Assembly: GCA_012295275.1 (NCBI GenBank) | Contig: CM022665.1 | Coordinates: 9,176,001-9,240,000, forward strand | Source: Chrysomallon squamiferum | Taxonomy: Eukaryota; Animalia; Mollusca | Reading direction: 5' to 3' | DNA: 64,000 nt | Part shown: positions 1-13,600 of the stretch, one piece after another | Layout of the letters: each line of letters opens with the position of its first letter | Numbering within the stretch: position 1 is the first letter of the stretch | Position numbers and translations under genes: made by a program | The notes under the pieces: model-generated | What the model was told of the DNA's origin: nothing | Seen by the model: the letters and a program-made list of their open reading frames with translations, nothing else | The model's database searches: none

Positions 1-997
1 TTTCCTTTATCTTTTACATTATTTTATTTTATTTTTATTTTAAAGTAATTTTTTTTTTTATTTTTTTTTTTTTTTTTTTTTTTTTTGCCAAATTATCTTT
101 TCAATGAGATCAACTTTAACAAACTTAACCTCTTACAATCTTGGTATTAATATCAATCTAAATAAATTACATACAGCAGAATGTCTGAGAAGTGTGGGAA
201 GTCAATCATTTATTTTCACCAAACTACATTGCAATGTTGCAAATTTTCCATAACACATCACTGCCATTTTGGTTTAAAAACCTCTATAAATTTTAAGAAA
301 AATAATAAATCAAAACTGACCTAATTTAGCACATTATATTTAGGTCATATTTTGCATTCTACACATATTCACTCTTTACTTTCATGAAAGATAATCAATA
401 ATTAATATAACACTGTAATGTCATTGCACTGAATTAAATATGATAATCAGCTTATTTGTTTTCCTGTGCAAAAATTCAAATCTGAGATTATTACTGTTAA
501 CCCATTTTTTTTTTTTTTTTATTTATTATTTATTTATTTATGTATTTATTTTATTTTCTATTATTTTTTTATTTTTTTATTTGAGTTTATTCAATGCAAA
601 ATACAAAAACTAATACTTTAATTTTGACATTTCAGAACCCTTAGGCTACTAATGTTAATGAAATAAAAATAACAATAAATTTAAATCTAACTCAAGTCGG
701 ATTAAATTTTTAAAATTCTTTGAAAATTTACAATGCAAAGTCCAAGTATCAGACCACATTCCTTACTGTAAGCAAAATATTTCTGAATCTGATATTATTA
801 TCAACAGCAGTTGTTTTCTGGTTGTTGTACTGATAAAAAAAACCTTTCCACTATCTTTTTATAACCAGACACAACACGATGTAAGTCAAATATTATTAAC
901 TGCTCCATATGGGTATAGCTTAAGTGATGAGTGCATTGAGATAGGCTGGAATGTAGACAAAACTGTTAATATTATGAATTTCAAGTAAAAAACTTAC

Positions 998-1155
998 TTA
1001 AAAGATTCTTCAATGGCTTGTTCATCAGCTTCTTTCTTCTCCAGAGCCTGTCGCTGTTGCTCTTCTTCTTCCAGTCTTTTCCTTTCTTCCTCAACTCTCT
1101 TTTCTTCCTTTATAATTTTAGCCAAACGTCGTGCTCTCATGCCACGGATATATGA
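998..1155 (-). CDS. Myosin exon 17 (end of IQ3 plus ER/K single-alpha-helix-like segment)
   Basis: tag|[52 protein letters not shown]|gtaagt. Confidence 0.88.
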
Positions 1156-3017
1156 CTACAATTTGCAAATAAATCAAAGTGTGAACTTAGGTTAATGTTA
1201 TGAACTTAACCTATGCTACATTATGATCAACATCTTTTAACCTCCTTCTTGATTTAAAATTAAAATATATAGTTTATTTGTGTCCAGCTATACATGTATT
1301 TCTTCATGAATGCATATCTACATGTATTTGGAATATAGAAAATTATTCTGTGAATATGACTTCTAAACATTTAGCAAAATCAATCAATCTCTCTCTCTCT
1401 CTCTCTCTCCACTCCACAAACACACATCTTTCTTCCACCTTTTAACCCTTCTTTCCCATACGAAATTATGTAAAATTTGTAAAGATGTTTTGTGTTCATG
1501 CACATATCTGTATAAAAAAATGCAAATTCAGTTCTAATTACTTTTAAAAATTGAAAGTACCTGAATTGTTATGGCTGCTCTTCGACATCTCAGAAATACA
1601 AGTCTGTATCTGAAACATCTGAAATTTGACTGCAGAATCATAGCTGCCCATCGTTTGTTGTGGTAATCTGTTACATAATGGGTTTTAGTTAGTGAAATGA
1701 AGCATTTGATCAACAGACAATATTATAACTACTGTGTCTAAAAATGTTATTTATTGTTCAGCATATGTAAAGGAGAAAAAGATATGTAGATTCAAATAAT
1801 AAGCATGGATTTTGGTGTGGGTGTGAGGGTATGCATGTTTCTGGGGTGGGGTACATTTATGCATGTGTGTTTGTGTTTATGTGTGACAAAAAAGAAATTA
1901 AAAAAATAGAAGTAAGAATAACAAAAAAAAAACCCATTAAATTAAAATATTGGAATTTAAGCAGTTGGTATTTAATTCTGAATGTAAAAAGAAAATAAAA
2001 CCAACAGAAACAAAGATATGAGAAGACTATTATTCAAATATTTTATTGTGATGTATGTTTATAACTGTGATGCTGATAAAAACATAAAGGATTAATTAAA
2101 AAATCATTATTAAAAGTATCAAAGATATATTAAACATGTAACAACATACCTTTTTTACAGAAATATCCTCTCCATATTTTCTGAATGATAATGGCTTTTT
2201 GTATAAGTAATTGTTTAAGTCTTTCTTCAAGGCACTCAAAAACAATGTTTTTCATAAAAACCTGAAAATATGAATAGATGTTAATAAAATTAGGTTATAC
2301 CTGACAAACTGAGTTTGAAAAATCAAAGGATAAAAAAATCATAATTTTGAAATGTAAAATTTAGAAAGAATATATTTTAAAGAGCAATATCTAACAAAGA
2401 AAAAAGAAAATCTGATAGCTAATATATTTTATATGTTTAAACAGATAAACATGTATCAGGAAATTATATTAAAAGTGCTTTTACTATTTTTGTTATTACA
2501 GGTTGAGAATCCTTTATCCAAAATGCTTGGGACTGGAAGTGTTTCAGTTTTTGGAATCTTTTGGATTTTGGAATAGAAGGAGATAACCAGAAACAAAATT
2601 TTAATCTAAACACAAATTCCATTTATATTTCATATACAGCTTGCACAGGTAGTCTTCAGAATTTTTTATATAATATTTTTAGTAATTTTGTTCATTAAAT
2701 AAAATGTGTGTAAGCCAAACCATCCAATATCAATATGGTTATCATTATTTTGACTGCTGAACATTTCAGATTTAGAAATTTGGATATGGGTTCCTTGCAT
2801 TGTATAACATTACATTCAAAGTAATAAATTAATAAACGAATTCACATTAACAACAACAACCCAAACAACTGTTTAATAATAAAATAATCTACACTGAATA
2901 AAGGACTGCAGCTGATGGTTAATACAAATTAAAAGTTACTTTTCAATATACCTGGGAAAAAAATTCAAATATCTCTCTTGATTCAAGTTTAATTAAGTTC
3001 TCAATTTCCCACAAATG

Positions 3018-3049
<32 letters not shown>

Positions 3050-6000
3050 ATAAAAACTAAAAAATTAAATAAAATAAAAAACACTTGTTTATTATATAAT
3101 AATCAAAAATCAATAGAACTTAATAGTAACAAATGGATATGCAATGGAAATAAACTGTTTCAGTGCAAGACAAAAATTTAATACTATAGTTTGTAAATAA
3201 AACTTTAACATGTCTTTTTCAATGACAATAAGTACATTTTTTATATGTGCAAGTGGATGTTCTCTACATTTTAGAATTTTTATTAACAACTTAACTACTA
3301 ACACAAACACACATATACCATCACTTTTTAAATATGAATTCTAATATCTGTACTTACTTTAGTTTTTCCAACCTGCCACTGTGTAGAGGGTAGATCAAGC
3401 TTGCTGAAAATGTTTTTGACTTTAGCCTGAGGATCTTCATCTGCAAACTGACTTTGAACCAAAAGTCCATACTTTTCTAGAAATCGTTCAAATTTGACAT
3501 GGACAGGATAGCCCTAAAAATAATAATTCATCAGTTGTGAATTAAATTATGTTGTACTGGGTTGGAATAAAAGTTCGTTGTGTTTTTCAATGATTTCACT
3601 TCACATGACTGATATACATATATATATTCTGAAACATGAACAAAATGGCACACATGTGCTAGAATAAATTTGTATACAAATATCTAAAATATTATCTTTG
3701 AATTTCACTTAAAAATACTATGAACTTCTGTTCCAACCCCGTAGATATTTTAATGAAGTGGAGGATTTTACTTGGAAATGATGCAAGTCAATCAAAACAT
3801 TAAAGTCAGGGTAAAAGATCTTGGTAAAAGATAATGGGTTTCTGCTTCCACTGAACAAACAAATATATTATAAAAGGTAAGTTATTATCAATGTACAAAC
3901 AATAAAATTCTATTATTTAAAAATACAAATAAAAATTACGTCAAAACATGCAGTGAAGAATATTTAGGGAATCTTTAATAAAGTTTTTATCTCTAATAAT
4001 AAAACTCAAATAAAGCATACTTTCTACAATTTTGTTTTTTTTGTGAATAAAGGGAGTCAACTCTGGGAAAAGTAAATCTCTAAAAGTTACTTCTCAATGA
4101 CAAAATGTACTGCACAGCATAACCAATTTTGGCATCCAGTATTTTAATTTACCTTTAAATTATTTTCTGCCTGCCTAAATTCAAAATAAGTACAAAAAAG
4201 CTATGACATACAAAGATTATAAGATGATGCCACTGTACTCCAAAATAATTCCTTTGAACAAATTTTCTATCTCTTGTTTTTGAAAATCTTTGTACTGTTG
4301 TTGTTCTGTTTGTTTATCTTATTTTATTTTTCTCTGGTTTATTAGTTTCTGAGACTAATTTTTCTTTTCAAACCATATAAAATTTGTTCATTCATAATCT
4401 TTCTTCTTGTTTCACCTATTCTGCAATAGTTGCTGACCTATTAAAATAAATTTTAATTTAAAAATTATAGTATTGTACCTCTTTCTTAATGCGGATGATA
4501 TCCAACATGCCAGAGTACCTCAGCTGTGTAAGGACTTCTTTTTCTTCATAACAGTTTGGAATCTTCCTAGCATTTGGTTTCAAACACCGGACATACCTGC
4601 AAGGACATCAGAACTGTTTAATACTGCTAATGATAAATGTATTACATTTTAATGATTCTTTAGAATGATGAAGTATTGTCATCAGAACTTACTCAGCATG
4701 AAAAAAAACCAAGGTTCAAGTTGAAAAGTTTGTGTTATGGTAATATAGTCAAGATAATTACATTAAAATCTGTCAAACGTAAGAACATTGTCTGATTTAG
4801 CTACAAAAATAGTTCACAAGTAATTAAATTATTTTTGAGAAATGTACTTAGTATTTCAGTGGACCAATTCTTACAAATTTTCCATTCCTAAAAATTAATT
4901 CCACATATTAGTAAAAATAATCAGCGTTTTACATTCCATGATTTGAGTTTAGTAAAATTTGTTAAAATGCCTGTAATCATAAAAATTATCTTTAAAACAA
5001 AATTTTCTCAATATACCAGGGATTTGTCATGGCCAAGACATCAACAAGGGCAGATAACTGGTGTTTGAAGGTGTCTCCAACTGTTGGTCTGCTCCTTGCT
5101 GTTCTTGATATGGTCTGTCGCCCATCCAAACATTCCAGACGAACACCAAGAAGATCCTGTTTAAAAAAAACAATTAATATTCATAACTGAAAGTTTATAA
5201 GTATTATAAGGAATAAATAAAGTCAAGAAAAGTGGTTTGTGTTTTTACATCCTTCGTTTGTATTTTGTATTATTTTATTTTATTTTATATTTTTTTTAAT
5301 ATAAAAATTTATTTCTTAAAGGTTTTATTTGGGGTTTTTTGTTAGTTTGTATGTGGAGGTGGTTGTGTGTGAGTGTGTGTCTCTGTGTGTACCTGGATGG
5401 AAGTTTAGACAGACTGGAAGTGAGCTAATTATTTGTTTTTACTCTGTTTTTTTGTGAAGTTTATGTCAAAGTACTATAATTTTCCTATTATCAGTGTTGT
5501 ATTTAATTCAATTCAGTGTTCATAAATATATATCTGAATTTGCTCTGTAGGTTAAGATCACCTGAAATCTGGTAAGATCTTTGACAAAAGCATTGGTAGA
5601 GTTGTGCATCAGTTCAAACAGTTGATCCTGCTGAGTGTCTTTGTTTTTGTCAAGAAATCCACGAATGTTGTAGATAACCATGCCAGCATAGTGCATCACG
5701 CCAAACTCATTTTCCCATATACGACGATCCTGGCCTTTGACATAATATGAATGACCATCCAGTTCTTGGTGCTGTTTGTTCAGATATGTTTTGTCTGTAC
5801 CCTGTATTGATCACATTAATTTATCAGTGAATCAGCATTTACATTCTTTACTATTTTCTAGTACTATAATTATACAAGAGAGAAAACATGCTACTGACAC
5901 TCTGTAGTCTACTATTATCTAAAAGCTGCATAAGATATTTTATATATGCACTTCTATAAAGAGAGGAAAGTATATCTGACAGCTTTTGATAATCCAGTCA

Positions 6001-9000
6001 TGGCGCATTTGTTCATAATTAGAAAATTATTATTATTATTATAATAAAATAATTACATTATTTTGCCCACAGCAAATAAAAGTAGCAAAATAAAATATGA
6101 AACTGTATTCTGCATGATTTTCCTAGACTTAAATTAAATATCTCATCTTCTGCTTTCATAAAAATATTTGCTAATTCACTATTTATTTTATTATAAATCT
6201 TTTATTTTATTGTATTTTTATTTATATATCAAATAAATATAAAATAATTGTTATATAAATATTTATCTAAGCATTTTACCTGTGGAAATCTGCATTCTTC
6301 ATCCAAAACTTTTAGAATACATCTTGGCGGCTGAAAACAGATTTATTTAATTCTTAAAGACAAAAGTTGTCAAAAAAACCTTTTAGACTTTAAGGCTACT
6401 AATAATTTATCTATAGTATTCAGTTTCACTTTTCTTCCATATTATCTGATATTGTTATCATTAACTCAGAGCCACCCCTGTGTATTTATTGTATATCAGT
6501 GTAATAATTTTTACCTATATGTCAGTTTAAGGTATTAGAATTAGGAACCTATACAAATATTTTTAATTCTATATCAGTTAATTAAAAAAAAAAAAAAAAA
6601 AAGAAAAAAAATTTGATTTCTAATCTTTCACATTTCAAACCATATTGCTTGTTTCTTATTATAACCAGAATTTATCTCCCCTTAAGAAGTTTATTTTTTC
6701 TATTTTCTATTTTTTTTTAATTTTTGGAATCTGAAATATATTTCCTACCAATTTTAATAATACTGCTGTAAAATAATTTTTTATACATTTTAAAAAGCTG
6801 GGCATAAAATCTATATAAAATATTGACATCATACCTTCTCTATGAGTTCCACACATTTGGTATTATCTGTGAAGGTAATGTGTGAAAATTCTATTTCTTC
6901 CTCTCGGTACTGAAATGTAAATAAAAACAAAATATACTCTCAAATTATATTAATTATATATTCTATTATGAAAATTTCAGATTATAACAATAAACATGGA
7001 AACGAAAGTTAATAATAAAATGCAAATCAAAAACAAATATGAACTTAGACAAATGCAGTTCTTTAAAACATTATATATTTTAAGAAAATTTCAGAATATA
7101 TTTATAACCTGTTTTATCCCTATGGATGTTAAAATGAATTTCATATTCTCAAAACATTACAATCGTATAATTTACTAGCAAAAAATCTGTCATTATAATC
7201 TTCAATATTAACTTCTATTTTTGGAACATTCATATCAAAATAGTATTTTGTTTTAATTTAGTTTGCTTTTAAAATATGTGTTTATGCAAGCATGTGTGTG
7301 TGTGTATTTTTCTATTTTAAACTAAATAAATAGTATTTACCGTGTCTTGTTCCAGAGCAAAAACATAATGATTGAAAAATCTATGAAGTTTCTCATTTGT
7401 GTAGTTTATACATAACTGTTCAAAGCTGTTTGTCTGAAAACAATATATAATTTTTGATAACACACCATAAAGAAAGAAATGATAAGAAAATTCAATAGAT
7501 TTATTTCAAGTTTTGAATATCTCAATTTGTTTAGGTTTTTTTTATGGTTATTAATTACCAGATGTATGTTTCTTGTTTAATGATAAGAAAATAAACCCAC
7601 TGCCATCATTCTGTGAACTAGTCTTACTGATTAACAACAAGGGATCTTTTTTATGCAAGAAAGTACACAGCATCTGGCAAACCAGTCACAGGGATGCTCT
7701 AAAAAAAGGAAACAGCTAAACAGTGCAGTAAATTTTGATCAGCTTATGTTTAAAAAATTCCAAGTACAAAAAAAACCTAATAAAAAATACCATGGCAATC
7801 ATTTATTAGACTGTAATAATAATGTTATCAATGTAAATAGTTATCAAACAGAAAACTTTCTTTTTCTTTTTCTTATAAAAAATTAAAATAAATAAGGATG
7901 AAAAAATATTTTTCTTAATAAGTCAGTGGACAAAAGTCAATTATAAATTAACAAATGTCACATCACTTTAATTATCACAGACATCTACAATTTCTGGTGC
8001 ATGCATCTACAATTTCTGATGTAACCCATATAGTGAATAATTAGTAAACTTCCTTGGTACAGTTAGTACTAGGATTCAGCTGACAAAAATATAAACAAGC
8101 CGGTACTTAAGGTCATTATAATCCAGAATAATTATTTAAGAGCAAGTACTTGAAAAGACAACAGGATGTAATTTAACATTGAAACAGTGGTGAATCCAGA
8201 GGGTGATGTGGGTTTATACACTCCCTATTGGTGTTAAATTAATATTAAGATGGACAGTGCCAGCCTATATTTATAATTATTAGTAAAAATAATATGATAT
8301 TATTGTGACAGTGCCAGAGGAAATTAGCAACAACACTTTTGTAACTGGTTAGATTTATTTCCATTGGTACATGACAAGCATGCTTTATGTGTTGTTGTTA
8401 TTAGATGGATATTTTCATGACTATATGGTATATTGTTTATTAAAATGATATTTTACAAAGTATTTAACTATTTTATGCTCACTGTAACCATTCAAGAAAC
8501 TGTAATTAAGTCTGTGTAGCAAAACACATTATAATGACATTTTTATTAATCAGATTTTCAGTCTGTCATCTCCTGAGGTTTTTTGGTGACCATTGTTCAG
8601 TTAATTTCAGTATCAGATTATACCTTACTACTTATATGCCTTTAGCATTATTCATTAATGAATGAATTTATTTTTGTTATACATTATTATAATGCTTGCA
8701 GCCAGCCACAAGCTACTATGCTTACACTGTGAAATAAATATATAAATGGATAAAAAAAAGGTGCCGTATAGATTAGTTTATTGGCATTCACAAATCCATT
8801 ATTCACAAACTAACAGACTGGTTTAATTTATAATTACATTTTTATCTTACATCTGGCCACATCCTTTTCATCTGTTTGCCAAATGTATACAGGATGTGCC
8901 AAGATTTTTTAAACATCATGTAGTTTCTCATTAACACAAAACAGTCTGTAGTTTAAGTTCTTACCTGAAAGTTTTCAAAGCCAAAGATGTCAAGAATTCC

Positions 9001-9380
9001 AATGAAATGAGACTGATGCTGGCCTGGATTAATGCACTTGTTAACAGAATCCACCAACCAGGCAAAGGTTCGAGAATACAAAGCTTTGGCCATTGCATGG
9101 CGATTTTCACAGGCCTGAAATTTTTTAAATGATGTTAAATTTTTATTTTAAAAGATAGTTTTATTATTCTTGTATATTAAAATAGTCTCTAAGGCAAAGG
9201 ATGACACTGAAGATTCTTTAAAAATAATGTAAAAAAACCCACTATTTTATGCTCACTGTAACCATTCAAGAAACTGTGGCTTCTGTAAGACTAGGTAATT
9301 GTTTTAAAAAAAAAAAAAAAAAAAAAAAAACACACTCACACACACACAAAAGAAATATATATAGCTAAGAAAATAAACAG

Positions 9381-9417
<37 letters not shown>

Positions 9418-10615
9418 ATTAATTAGCAGAGAAATATGGTCTATCTCAACACTGACACTGACTTTGAATTCTGGTTGTCTGATACAGAACAGAATGATGA
9501 GATTTCTCTCTCCGTAAGTGTTATCATACTATTCACAAGTCCAACACATTTGTTTTATCTTTTTGTGGTTAGGAAGATAAAAGAAGGAAAAATACAAAAT
9601 TAACCTTTTTACAAATGTTACTTCTAAATATGTTTTTTAAAATGCAAGAGGTAATGGAACATGCCTTTATTTAATGATATATGTTGATTGAACATGTACC
9701 TAAATACATGCATACAAACAACTTCAGTATATTTCTGTAATAATATCAAGTGATTAGTTCATTTGGAAAGATTTTAAATGCAACTTGATAGCCAGAACAG
9801 ACTGGCATTTCAACTGGTTGTTCTGGCTAAGTCTGTTGTCTAGGACAGAATTTTAATTAGTATGTTAGTGAATTAATTAGAACAATTAATTATTAATATA
9901 ACAGTTTTATGTCTTTTCAAACATGTCTGAATAGAAGCTAGAACATGATAAAATCCTTGAACTTGCGAACTTTAAAATGCTTAATTTAACAAATATGTTG
10001 TTCAACACCCATTTTATTATTTTTTTTTTTTTTAAATATATATATATATATATATATGTTAATAACATTCAAAACTCTGCTAGCTTTTTTAAAATATTTT
10101 TTCACAAGCTGATAATCAGAAATAAAATTTTATTATCTTAAAGCATATTTGTTATGTTTTATTCCTATAAAATTATTTATTTTAAAATGAATGAAAGAAG
10201 AAAAAGAAGAAAAGATTTTGGCTCTTTACATTTGTTTAAATGGATTTTGTTCAAGATCCAGGATGTTTATTTCACAAAAATAGGAGACAAAAAAACCCAC
10301 AAAATAAACCCCAATGTTTTAACCATTTTAATTATTTTGGTTTTGACAAATGGAAACTTGAGTGCTGGGCAAGTCATGAATTATGCAAGGATAGAAAGAG
10401 CTAAACAGTTCTGATACAACAATACCACTCAAAACAGCCTGCCATACAGAACAATTGAACACATCAGCTTCAATTATGACTTCTTGTATGAACGAAATTG
10501 GACCAGTGTTCAACAGATCAGTTATGTGCATGTTAATTCAGATGTATTGATTGTAGAATATTTTGTTCTTTATGTTTTTTGTTTTTATTGTTGATTGTTT
10601 TGGCGTTTGGTAGGG

Positions 10616-10669
<54 letters not shown>

Positions 10670-13600
10670 CTTCTTCTTGTTGTTGTTTTGGATATTTTTT
10701 ACATTTTTTAATTTATCCCTCACTTTTTTTACTTGTGTTCTACTTATTTTTTTTTTGCTAAAAGTTTTAGACATTCTGGTTTCTCATAAATATTATTTTG
10801 TTTTATTTATCAAATTACATATTATTTTTTATACATAAATACCCAGCAATATTTGGAAAGGATATAATATAATAATTCAGATTATAGAACATTATCACTA
10901 ACAGATATGAGGGGTGAGAATCTAAACATTAGAATATTAACTTAAATATATGAAGGTTATTTCATTATAAGTGTTCTTTTTTTCTCTATACATTTTTTTC
11001 TCTTGCTTTCCTTTTCTGCTTCTGCATTGTCTTTTTCAATCTCTATTTATATAAGTTTATGTATTTGTTAATTCCAGTCAATACTGTCACAAAAACATCA
11101 ATCTAATACAGCTTCAACATTTCCATGGTGATTATACAAAATGTCTGAATGAGATGGTAATTAATTGCCCACAACAGGACCAACAATGAAACCAATACAC
11201 AAGTGGGCAGCACAAAAATGATTTGTAATATAAATTCGATGAATTCCACACATGCTGCCAATATATTCAAAAATGAAATGATTACGCTAATGTTGACTTT
11301 TCATCAAAATTGTTCAAATAAAAAATAAGTATCTTGCATGGGCATGAATAATTCTTTAATGTTAAATAAATATAGATAGCAAAATTATATTTCTTTAAAT
11401 AAATATAGTGTCTCTTCTAACACTTTTATGGAAACATAATTAAAGAGAAAGAACATTCATTTTAGTTCTTGTTAGATGTTATTTACCAGTACTGCAGTTA
11501 TTAAGTTAACAATGCATTGTTCGAATATTTAGACTTGATGGAGAAACACTATAAAAAATATAAAAAATAAAACATCTACATGACTAAAGACGTTTTTTAA
11601 CAAAATGCTGTTTATCTGTAGTTAGAAAATCTATTTTTCAGTTTTAGTTTTGGTTTCAAACTGGTCCCATTAAGCTCAGTTCTCCCAGTTTGACATGTTT
11701 GTCACCTTGGCAGTTTCCATAATTAGCAGTAAGGAAACTCTTACAAGTATATCCCTATAGACAGACATTCAGTGTTTTTGTTTGTAAACAATGCACAAAC
11801 ATACTAAAAGAAAATACACCAAAGAATAAGACTTAACAACTTATCTGTTTTCAACTTAATCTTTATATACAAGAAAGAACAAATTTCCATTAAAAACAAA
11901 TACTGTTGTTATTGATTTTTTAGAACTATATTATGTATTTTTTCTAATCTGAGCATTACTGTACATAAATTATCTAATATTTAAATATTAAAATATTTAA
12001 TAATTATCAATAATAAAAGATTGTAGCTGAATAAAAATGGTATAATAATTATTAAAGAAAAGGGTTCAAAATCCATTTAGTAAAAATATATGTTATGGAT
12101 AAACTAAGAAATAATAGTTTAAAAGGGGACAACTAGGATTAAAAGTAAAAGTTAGAATACGGCTGAAAAATACAACAAAAACAATTAGGATATCATATCT
12201 CAGAAACTGGGCATCTTAACATTTGCTAATTTCAAGGGTTCAGTGCCTCCATATGTTATAATTTATATTTTCAAATTTACTGAACTATTACTATATCTGA
12301 ATATTTGTTGGTTTCCAGGGTTGTAAATTGTTCAGTAATGCTATTGAAAGAGTTTAATGTTTTACATAATAAAGTTATAGGTGAATATGATTTTGTAGTT
12401 TCATCTTGATGTAAATGTTAATGTAATTCTTACTTAGTGATGTCTTAAATATTGCAGTGGCAAAGACAAACGACTCCACAGAATTTATTTTCTACTTTTC
12501 TTTGATTTATTGTGAATTTTGTATTTTGTATTTTTATACATGCTCAGTTGTACATGTGTTTGTATGTGTGTATGTGTGTGTGTGTGTGCATGTGTGTGTG
12601 TGTGTGTGTGAAGATTTTATAACAAATTTTATTAACTGATACTGATAAAATAAATTATAAACTATTTAGTAAAGTTGCTTTTAATATGATCAAGATATTT
12701 AGACATTACTGCAAAACATTGCAAAAAAGGTTTATAAGATTTAACATATGGATGTTTCTAATGAAGAAGTATTATAATATTATATTCTAATTTCAGAAGC
12801 AATTTTATATTTCTTAATTCTATGGATTATCAGGATTTGAGAAGTTAATTTGATCAGTTAATATGATCAGTTAAATAATTCAAAATACAATTATGAATTT
12901 CACATTTACAATCCTGGGTCAGCTTGACAATTAACCCAATCAGTTTGTACTGATGTCAGCAAATTTGCAAAGAAGAAAAAAGTAATAATAATTCTTTCTG
13001 TATTACAAAAAACTGAAAATGTTGCCAGAGAAGGCTGGTTGACATTAATCAGAATTATGCAGCATGTTGCCATTAGCAGTGTTCAATAGATTTTGTTGCA
13101 GATCTTTTGATGATGATTAATACTATGTGCAATGAGTTTCCTGGCATAAACACTAGACAGTTCTACCTCAACTACAAGAGGTCATCAAGTGTCACAGATA
13201 GCAACATATGTTATCTAGCAAACTCTACAAAATTTGGAAATTTTGGGAAGCTTTTCAAAAAATGTTCCTTTTTTTTTTTTTCAAATAACAACAATAACAA
13301 GAGCATTTATTTGGTTTATTTAGTATAATTTGTATTTTTCAGGATTTGTTTGTTTCTTTCATTTGTATTTCTGGGGTTGAAAGTAATATGATTATATAAA
13401 TGCCTTTTTAGCAATGCATTTTAAAGTAAGAGTAGTAAGAGGAAATCTGCTGCTGCCTTGCCAATCCTGAAGCCATTCCTATCAATTAACTTACATCTCA
13501 CATACACTTTCCTAAGTCACGGAAGTACTGACACACATCATTATTTTTTTATATAGTACTTATCATACATACACTGGCTGCAATATGCAACAGCCAATTG

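Noticed and set aside
8185-8235. cagtggtgaatccagagggtg..., resembling a MITE terminus
   Set aside because: No matching opposite terminus found; too short to support a call.
10154-10774. Cluster of short ORFs including poly-Lys and poly-Phe
   Set aside because: Produced by a poly-T run and AT-rich intron sequence; myosin exons 6 and 7 join without them.
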